In this document: positions 57,498-64,000 of the stretch, piece after piece
Numbering within the stretch: position 1 is the first letter of the stretch
Layout of the letters: every line of letters starts with the position of its first letter
Assembly (NCBI GenBank): GCA_040218735.1
Contig: JAVJQW010000058.1
Location: forward strand, 32,001 to 96,000
DNA length: 64,000 nucleotides
From: Deltaproteobacteria bacterium
GTDB lineage: Bacteria; Myxococcota; Kuafuiibacteriia; Kuafuiibacteriales; Kuafuiibacteriaceae
Reading direction: 5' to 3'
The notes under the pieces: model-generated
Database searches by the model: none
The model's input: only the letters and a program-made list of their open reading frames with translations
What the model was told of the DNA's origin: nothing
Position numbers and translations under genes: made by a program

Positions 57498-58644
57498 CCG
57501 CGATCTCCTCGATCAGCGAGCGCGGTAGCTCGAGAAGGTCGACGGCCCGGATCCGCGCCGCGAAGTCCTCTCCACTGTGGTCGTACCAGCCGAACGCGGA
57601 CTGCTTGTCGAAGCGCTCAGCCCCCGTGCAGGTGTGCGTCATGGCCTGCACGAGGTCCTTCGGAGCGCCGGCGAGGCGGAGCTGCGTCACGCCCGTGTGG
57701 CGCGCCGAGTACATGTCGCGCTGCTTGCCCGTGACAGGCGGGATCCCCAGCGCGTCGAGGTTCTTGCGCCAGCGTTCGATCGCGCACCCCTGCATCCAGC
57801 GGTGGCGGCCGTCGCGCATGAAGATCAGCTCGTCCGATGGGGGAGCCTCCCCGCGCTCGAGCGTGCGCCGCGCGAACGTCGTGTCGAGGATCGCCTTGAA
57901 GAGCGGATGGACGGCGACGTCGCGAGGCTCGCCAGACTTGGTCGGGCCGACGGTCCGGCCCTTCGAGCGCCATGAACGCGCGACGTTGAGCCTGCGAGCC
58001 TGCGCGTCGTAGTCGAACCAACGCGCCTCGAAGAGCTCGCCCGGGCGCAACATCCCGAGCAGCGCTCCTGTGAACAACGCGCGTTCGTCGAAGTCCGGGG
58101 TCAGGTAGATGACCCTGGCCACCGCCTCAGGCGACAGCACCTCGCGGGGTCGCTTCGTTTTGTCCTGCGGTCCCTTCGGCGGCAGAACGCCCCCGGGGAA
58201 GTCGCGCCATGGCGAGCGCTCGATGGCGCCGGAGTCCTCGCAGAACTTGAAGAACGTCCGCGAGTACACCGCCTGCGTTCGGACGGTGGACCCGGCGCGG
58301 CACGACTTCAGCGCCGCGACCCACGCCTCGAGGTGGCGCGTGGTGATCTGGTGAACCTTGAACCGCCCGAACTGCGGGATGAGGTGCTGTCGAAGGAAGG
58401 AGCGGAAGGCCTCCATCGTCGAGGGGCGGATATCGCCACGCTTCAGGCGCTCAGCTTCATGGGCGAGCCAGCGACCGGCGGCTTCGGGCAGCTCCCAGAT
58501 GACAGGGTCGGGGACGGGCTGCAGGAAGGCTTCGAACGAAGGCGGCGGGGACGAGACACGCACAGCAGATCGATCGCTGGCGGTCTGACAGATCGGGTCA
58601 GACTGTGCCTCCAGGTGGAGCGCGTTGTTGCCGTCCTGTGTCAT
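57490..58644 (-). CDS. int: tyrosine integrase
   Basis: LRPGEL (R), PTKSG (K), YSARH, MTHT, WYDH (Y); GGAGG RBS; adjacent to attR and transcribed away from it. Confidence 0.9.
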   Translation of the reverse strand: MTQDGNNALHLEAQSDPICQTASDRSAVRVSSPPPSFEAFLQPVPDPVIWELPEAAGRWLAHEAERLKRGDIRPSTMEAFRSFLRQHLIPQFGRFKVHQITTRHLEAWVAALKSCRAGSTVRTQAVYSRTFFKFCEDSGAIERSPWRDFPGGVLPPKGPQDKTKRPREVLSPEAVARVIYLTPDFDERALFTGALLGMLRPGELFEARWFDYDAQARRLNVARSWRSKGRTVGPTKSGEPRDVAVHPLFKAILDTTFARRTLERGEAPPSDELIFMRDGRHRWMQGCAIERWRKNLDALGIPPVTGKQRDMYSARHTGVTQLRLAGAPKDLVQAMTHTCTGAERFDKQSAFGWYDHSGEDFAARIRAVDLLELPRSLIEEIADA

Positions 58645-58766
58645 CAGGGGGACCCCTCCAAACGAGTTCGAATACCGAGCTGCACTGGGTGCAGCGGAAG
58701 TGTTGGGAGGGCCCTACGCGGCCTTCAGGGACGCGAAATCGAGCTGGGGTGACGATGTCGGCGCGA

Positions 58767-58792
58767 CGGGTTCGAATCCCGCCTTCTCCGCT
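58767..58792 (+). repeat. attR core (26 bp), displaced tRNA-Ser 3' end
   Basis: Identical to 22805-22830. Confidence 0.95.
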
Positions 58793-58794
58793 CC

Positions 58795-58829
58795 AACGAA
58801 AAGGCCGGCTTACGCCGGCCTTTTTCGTT
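58795..58829. terminator. bidirectional intrinsic terminator (original tRNA terminator)
   Basis: AACGAAAAGGCCGGC-TTAC-GCCGGCCTTTTTCGTT. Confidence 0.85.
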
Positions 58830-59230
58830 GGCGCGGCTTCGGCGGTCTTCGGGCGACGGCCTGCTGGTCTTCGACCAACAGGCCTTGCAGCGAATCCGCG
58901 ACCGCATTCGCCTGGAGGGTGGGTCTTTCGCCCTGCGTACCCCGGCTCACGCCGGCCTTTTTCGTTGGCGCGGCTTCGGCGGTCTTCGGGCGACGGCCTG
59001 CTGGTCTTCGACCCACAGGCCTTGCAGCGAATCCGCGACCGCATTCGCCTGGAGGGTCTTTCGCCCTGCGTACCCCGGCCTTTTTCGTTGGCGCGGCTCC
59101 GGCGGTCTTCGGGCGACGGCCTGCTGGTCTTCGACCCACAGGCCTTGCAGCGAATCCGCGAACGCATTCGCCTGGAGGGTGGGTCTTTCGCCCTGCGTAC
59201 CCCGGCTCACGCCGGCCTTTTTCGTGGCGC
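58813..59230 (+). repeat. tRNA-linked tandem repeat, three units of ~137/123/137 bp plus a partial unit
   Basis: Units start near 58813, 58950, 59073, 59210; near-identical, no unique spacers. Confidence 0.9.
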
Positions 59231-59297
59231 CGACCACCGCCTAACCCCTGTCGCTGGTTCGGCCGGAGCTGTAAGAGTATTCCGGTGGAGGGATCGC

Positions 59298-60596
59298 ATG
59301 AATCGTAGGCCGAGCACCGGGCTCCTCGTCGTTTTCGCAGGCTTCACGTTCGCGTGCGGCGACGCCGGCACCACCGTGCGCGTCGTCAGCCCCTACAACA
59401 CGACGCAGGGCATGAGCGGCGTGCGCGTGCGCGCGAACGAGGGCGCTTGGGTCACCGCCGACGCGGACGGGAGCGTCACCTTCGAGGACGTCTCCACGCC
59501 GTACCTGCTCGACATCGAGCAGAGCTACGAGACGACGCTGCGCACGAGCGACGATCCCGACGGGCTCGACGCGACGCTGCGGGATCTGTGGCGCCTCACC
59601 GTCATCGACGAAGCGTTCACCTTCGAAGTCGACGACTACGCGCCTCCCTCCGAGGACGCGTGCACCGTGAGCGGCCGCGTGGCGCTCGGCGAGGGCGAGC
59701 GTGCGCAGCTCGAAGTCAGCCACCTCCAGTTCGGGCTCGGCAGCTGGCAGACCGAGACGCCCGAGTTCGAGGCGGACCTCCGCTACGTCGTGCAGAGTCC
59801 GAAGCTCGGGGTCTACGCGGTCGCCGGGGTGCCCGACGCGGACGACGCGTTCTACGCGAGCATCTCGGGCGCGGGGCACATCGATGTCGACCTCCCCTCC
59901 GGTCCGTGCGGCACGCTCGCGAACGTCGACGTCCCGCTGCAGCCGGTCACGAGCCGCGCCGTCGACGTCGCGTACGACTCGCCGGACGTCGCGGGCCTCG
60001 AACAGATCTCCGGCTTCGCCAACCTGCGCTTCGACGACATGCCCGCCGTGTCGATCCACCTCGGAGGCGTCTACGGCGACCCGCCCGACGGGACGTTCAC
60101 GCCGCAGCTCTTCAACGGCTTCGGTCAGCCCTGGGTCGGCTTCTCGTCGTTCGGACAGGGCACCGTGGTCGACGGCGACGCCGCCGACTTCACGAAACGC
60201 TGGCGCTACTTCGAAGTGCAGTCGCCCTACGCGTACGCCGCGGCGCGCGTCGACGCCGGCGTCGACGCCATCACGCTCGCCGCCCCCGCCCCGACCAACC
60301 TGCTCGCGCCCGACGACGGCGCCGACCTCACGACGTCCACCGCCTTCTCCTGGCACACGGTCTCGGACGTCGACACGTACGTCTTCGAATTCCACTGCCG
60401 GTTCGTGGGTAAGAGCGCCGGCAACCTCGCGTTCCGGATGCACACCCCCGCGACCGAGGTGACCCTCCCGGCGTTCGTCTACGACCGAGTGCAGCCCGGC
60501 ATGCGGTGCGCCTGGTCCGTGGGTTACGTGCTCGAGTCGGACACCGCCGTACGGTCGGCCTACACCGGCGAGCGCTGGGTGAAGGATCCTCGATAG
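59298..60596 (+). CDS. lipoprotein, beta-rich
   Basis: GGAGG RBS; MNRRPSTGLLVVFAGFTFAC lipobox. Confidence 0.75.
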   Translation: MNRRPSTGLLVVFAGFTFACGDAGTTVRVVSPYNTTQGMSGVRVRANEGAWVTADADGSVTFEDVSTPYLLDIEQSYETTLRTSDDPDGLDATLRDLWRLTVIDEAFTFEVDDYAPPSEDACTVSGRVALGEGERAQLEVSHLQFGLGSWQTETPEFEADLRYVVQSPKLGVYAVAGVPDADDAFYASISGAGHIDVDLPSGPCGTLANVDVPLQPVTSRAVDVAYDSPDVAGLEQISGFANLRFDDMPAVSIHLGGVYGDPPDGTFTPQLFNGFGQPWVGFSSFGQGTVVDGDAADFTKRWRYFEVQSPYAYAAARVDAGVDAITLAAPAPTNLLAPDDGADLTTSTAFSWHTVSDVDTYVFEFHCRFVGKSAGNLAFRMHTPATEVTLPAFVYDRVQPGMRCAWSVGYVLESDTAVRSAYTGERWVKDPR

Positions 60597-60704
60597 TTCC
60601 CTGCCGCCCGCTCGAATTTCGAAGATTCTTTGTCAGGTTTCGGCCGCTGCCGGCAACTCAACTATGACGATGTTCGATTCCTGGCCGTGCCGACCCGCCT
60701 GAGC

Positions 60705-62330
60705 TCAGACCGTGGGGGCGATCTGCTCGACGATCCGGTCGAGCGCCGCCGCGACCTCGTGGTTGTCGATCTCCAGGGTCCGCGCCAGGAACAGGTGGAG
60801 CCGCGTCGCGTTCAGGTCGCCGAGGTCGTAGGCCTGCAGCGCCGCCTCGACGAACGGCCGCCCGCTCGTCGTGTTCGCGGAGACCTGTAGTGCCGGCCGC
60901 TCCGCGCCGGTCTTCTCGCGCTCCGGCGCGCGCATGTCTTCGGGGGCGCGTTTGTGTTCGTCGCCGCCGAGCATCTCCAGGTATGCCGCGCGCTTCGGGT
61001 CGTTCGACAGGACGCGGTAGGCCTCCGAGATGCGCCGATAGATCGCGTAGATCTTCTCCTTCAGGTCGCCGGAGCGAAGCAGGAAGAAGCGGTCCGGGTG
61101 GAACTCCAGCGACAGGTCGAAGTACGCCGTCTGCAGCGCGTGGTCGGTCGCGTCCCGCTCGACGCCGAGGAGCTGGTAGTAGTCGACCTCCTCGAGCAGC
61201 CCGTAGACCTTGCGCACGCGCTTCGCCAGGCGCTTGCCGAGCTGGCTCTCGTCGAGGCCGCGGCGCTCCTTGCCCTCCGCGCGCCGTTTGATCGCGCTGA
61301 TGCGTTGGTCGTCCGACGAGCTCGGCGTGCCCTCGCGCGGGATCTCTTGAATGAGGCTCGACTTCGAGATCTCCGGCGCCGAGTGCGACGACTGGATGCG
61401 CGGCTCCTCCAACGGATCCACCGCGCGCGTCGGGCCCGACGGATCGCGCTCGTCGGGGATCGATCGTGGCTGGAGCACCGGTGGCACCGGGGTCTCGGCG
61501 CGGTCCTGCGCGGCGAGCGCCTCGGCCGCCTCGCGCAGATCGTCGACCGGCGTGGCCGCACGCGACGAGGCTTCGAGGACGTGCGTTGCCGGCTGCCCGG
61601 CGTGTTCGAGCGTGCGCACCTCGATGGGCATGCCGTCCGCGGTCGGCTGATCGTCGATCGCGGTGGGGCGCTCCACGCCGATGCCCGAGGTCATCTCGGC
61701 GACGCCGTGCCCGCGCGGGGTCGGGACGTCGTGGTCGCCGATCTGCGGATCCACGACCGCTGCTCCGCGATCCCCTTCGTAGAAGGGGTTCTGGTAGCTG
61801 ACGACGGTGTCCATGTCCGGCTCGTTCGACGACGAGCGGGGCGGCGGACCCGCCGTGGGGATCGGGACGGGCGTGAGCGGTGCGCCGAGCACGTCCGTCG
61901 GATCCGAGAGCCCGGGCTCCGACAGCGCACGCGGGATGACGGGCGGCGGCGCCGGCCGGCCGTTCGCGAGCAGCGGCGCGATCGTCGACAGCACCCGCGC
62001 GCGCTCGAAGGGGACCCGCAGCATGGCGTCGGCGCCGACGGAGGAGGCCCACTCCGGCGCGCGGTGCGACGACTCGTTCACCATCATCACGATCGGCGTG
62101 TCCTCGCCGCGCGTCTGCTGACGGATGAGCTGGCAGAGGATCGTCCCGTCGAGGCGCTTCACGTGCGCGTACAACATGACGAGGTCCGGCTTGACCTCGT
62201 TGTAGCGGTCGAAGCCGTCCTCGCCGTCCATGGCGTAGACGAGGTGGTAGTCGGTGGACGAGAAGAAGCGATTCAGGAGCGTCCGGTGCTCCGGATCGTC
62301 GATGATGATGAGGACGACGCTGGACGGCAC
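60705..62330 (-). CDS. receiver domain plus DnaJ (J-domain) protein
   Basis: Atypical receiver at N-terminus; DYYQLLGV...FHPDRF J-domain. Confidence 0.85.
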   Translation of the reverse strand: MPSSVVLIIIDDPEHRTLLNRFFSSTDYHLVYAMDGEDGFDRYNEVKPDLVMLYAHVKRLDGTILCQLIRQQTRGEDTPIVMMVNESSHRAPEWASSVGADAMLRVPFERARVLSTIAPLLANGRPAPPPVIPRALSEPGLSDPTDVLGAPLTPVPIPTAGPPPRSSSNEPDMDTVVSYQNPFYEGDRGAAVVDPQIGDHDVPTPRGHGVAEMTSGIGVERPTAIDDQPTADGMPIEVRTLEHAGQPATHVLEASSRAATPVDDLREAAEALAAQDRAETPVPPVLQPRSIPDERDPSGPTRAVDPLEEPRIQSSHSAPEISKSSLIQEIPREGTPSSSDDQRISAIKRRAEGKERRGLDESQLGKRLAKRVRKVYGLLEEVDYYQLLGVERDATDHALQTAYFDLSLEFHPDRFFLLRSGDLKEKIYAIYRRISEAYRVLSNDPKRAAYLEMLGGDEHKRAPEDMRAPEREKTGAERPALQVSANTTSGRPFVEAALQAYDLGDLNATRLHLFLARTLEIDNHEVAAALDRIVEQIAPTV

Positions 62331-62357
62331 TCGGACGCTCGAAGGTCAGTGGCCGTG

Positions 62358-62771
62358 TCAGTTGCGGACGGCGACGGGGATGGAGATCTTCTCTTTCTTG
62401 CGCTCGCAGATGTTGGCGTCGCAGACGAAGAAGGAGGCGTCGACTTCGATCGATGCGCTGCACTCACTCGGCGCGCCGAACTTCACGCCGAACTCGGGCG
62501 CCTTCGCCTTGGAGTCCTTCGCGTCCTTCACGGAGAGCTTGTCCTTGTGGAGCTTGAGGTCCTTCGACGCGAGCTTGATCTTCAGCGGGGCGTCGGTCGA
62601 GACCTTGTAACCCTTCGCCGGCTTGATGTGCATGTGGAACATGCCGTTGTCGCCGGCCTTGACCTGCTTGGTCGTCGCGCTGACGTCGATTTCGTACTTC
62701 TTGTCCGCGTCCGCCGTGTTCGGCTGGGCGGAGGCGAGGAGGCCGGCGACGAGGAATCCCAATGCGCTCAT
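62358..62771 (-). CDS. secreted DsbD-N-like beta-sandwich protein
   Basis: Signal peptide; FFVCDANIC Cys pair. Confidence 0.6.
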   Translation of the reverse strand: MSALGFLVAGLLASAQPNTADADKKYEIDVSATTKQVKAGDNGMFHMHIKPAKGYKVSTDAPLKIKLASKDLKLHKDKLSVKDAKDSKAKAPEFGVKFGAPSECSASIEVDASFFVCDANICERKKEKISIPVAVRN

Positions 62772-62805
62772 GACGAGCGTGAACTTACCAAGATCGCGTC
62801 GAGCC

Positions 62806-63999
62806 CTACAAGAGATTGGCGGCCAGCTCGGCCAGCTCGGAGCGCTCGCCCTTGAACATCGTCACGTGCCCCGCGATGCGCTCGGCGCGGAATCGGTTCA
62901 CGACGTGAACAAGACCGTTGTTGGTCGCGTCCATATAGGGATTGTCGATTTGGTAGGGGTCGCCGGTGAGCACGATCTTCGTGCCCTCGCCGGCGCGTGA
63001 CACGATGGTCTTGACCTCGTGCGGCGTGAGGTTCTGCGCCTCGTCGACCACCATGAACTGCGCCGGGATCGACCGGCCGCGAATGTAGGTGAGCGGCTCG
63101 ATCTGCAGGATGCCGAGGTCGATGAGCTCGCGGTACGAGCGCCCGCCCTTCTTTTCGTCGTTCGACAGCCCCATGAGGAACTCGACGTTGTCGAAGATCG
63201 GCTGCATCCACGGGGACAGCTTCTCCTCCACCGTCCCGGGCAGGTAGCCGAGGTCACGACCGAGCGGGAAGATCGGACGCGACACGAGGACGCGCTGGTA
63301 GATGCCTTCCTCGGTCGCCTTGTGCATGCCGGCCGCGATCGCGAGGAGCGTCTTGCCGGTGCCCGCCTTGCCGACGAGCGTGACGAGCTTGATGGAGTCG
63401 TCCATCAGCAGGTCCACCGCGAACGACTGCTCCTTGTTGCGCGGACGCACGCCCCACACGCCGTCCTTGAGGCGCGTGATCGGCACGACGCGCTCCAGCT
63501 CGAGCGACACCTTCCCGAGCGCGGAGTGGCTCGGGTTCGCGGCGTCCTTCAGGTGCACGAACTCGTTGGGCGCGTGGTACGGGTCGGGCAGGTCGAGGTA
63601 GCCCTGGCTGTAGAACTGGTCGACGTCCTCGCCCGAGACCTCCATCTCCGCGACCCCGGTGTACAGCTCGGTGATCTCGACGCGGTCGTGGTCGTAGTCC
63701 TCGGCCTCGAGGCCCAGGGCGTCCGCGCGGATGCGCAGGTTGACGTCCTTCGTGACCAGGATGCACGGCGCCTCCGGGTCCTTCTCTTTGACGTCGAGCG
63801 CGGTCGCGAGGATGCGGTTGTCGACGGCGTGCTCGGCCTGCGCGATCTCCGCGGGGAGCTGACGCGCCGAGAACGCGACGTAGAGCTTGCCTCCGCTCGG
63901 GAGCTCGACACCGCCGGAGAGGCCGTCCGTACCGCGCAGATCGTCGAGGCTCCGGCTGACCTCACGGGCGGATCGGCCGAGCTCGTTGAGGTCGCGCTT
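62806..63999 (-). CDS. PIN-PhoH family ATPase, 5'-partial
   Basis: GKAGTGKT, LGYLPG, YIRGRS, DEAQN, GDPYQID; PIN-like LVTKDVNLRIRA upstream; frame open to window edge. Confidence 0.92.
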   Translation of the reverse strand, partial: KRDLNELGRSAREVSRSLDDLRGTDGLSGGVELPSGGKLYVAFSARQLPAEIAQAEHAVDNRILATALDVKEKDPEAPCILVTKDVNLRIRADALGLEAEDYDHDRVEITELYTGVAEMEVSGEDVDQFYSQGYLDLPDPYHAPNEFVHLKDAANPSHSALGKVSLELERVVPITRLKDGVWGVRPRNKEQSFAVDLLMDDSIKLVTLVGKAGTGKTLLAIAAGMHKATEEGIYQRVLVSRPIFPLGRDLGYLPGTVEEKLSPWMQPIFDNVEFLMGLSNDEKKGGRSYRELIDLGILQIEPLTYIRGRSIPAQFMVVDEAQNLTPHEVKTIVSRAGEGTKIVLTGDPYQIDNPYMDATNNGLVHVVNRFRAERIAGHVTMFKGERSELAELAANLL

Positions 64000-64000
64000 G

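Larger units (their letters stand above)
22805..58792. mobile_element. ~36 kb siphovirus-like prophage integrated in tRNA-Ser(GCU)
   Basis: 26-bp direct repeats, tyrosine integrase, recombination/replication genes, terminase, portal, capsid, tail tube, tape measure, lysis-like genes; no obvious disruptions. Confidence 0.95.

Noticed and set aside
58813-59230. Possible CRISPR array
   Set aside because: Whole units repeat with no unique spacers and no cas genes in the window.
58605-59297. Long N-terminal extension of ORF 58605..60596 across attR and the repeats
   Set aside because: RBS and lipobox indicate the real start at 59298; the upstream open frame crosses att, terminator and repeats and is likely incidental.

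Overview
High-GC bacterial chromosome segment, probably Myxococcota (FliA-associated T3SS-like genes, Hanks Ser/Thr kinases, DSG/DAG-repeat secreted proteins). 1-22.5 kb is host DNA: T3SS-like genes, kinases, two-component genes, mscS, nnrS, an AAA ATPase and a LysR regulator. Two tRNA-Ser genes follow. An apparently complete ~36 kb siphovirus-like prophage is integrated in tRNA-Ser(GCU), bounded by a 26-bp att core at 22805-22830 and 58767-58792. Host genes resume after tRNA-linked tandem repeats. Main discovery: the att core lies inside a ribbon-helix-helix (RHH) regulator gene. Rejoining attP by hand swaps its C-terminus for an ssrA-like tail (...QLDFASLKAA*) and places this gene and its operator-bearing promoter directly upstream of int and the co-oriented lytic genes, so integration itself looks like the genetic switch. 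Also notable: signal-peptide, Cys-rich proteins at the tail-fibre position that share a promoter motif with the capsid operon; a RosmerTA-like pair; a capsid domain insertion; and sigma28-type promoters on T3SS genes. All product calls come from motif recognition by eye, not database searches.
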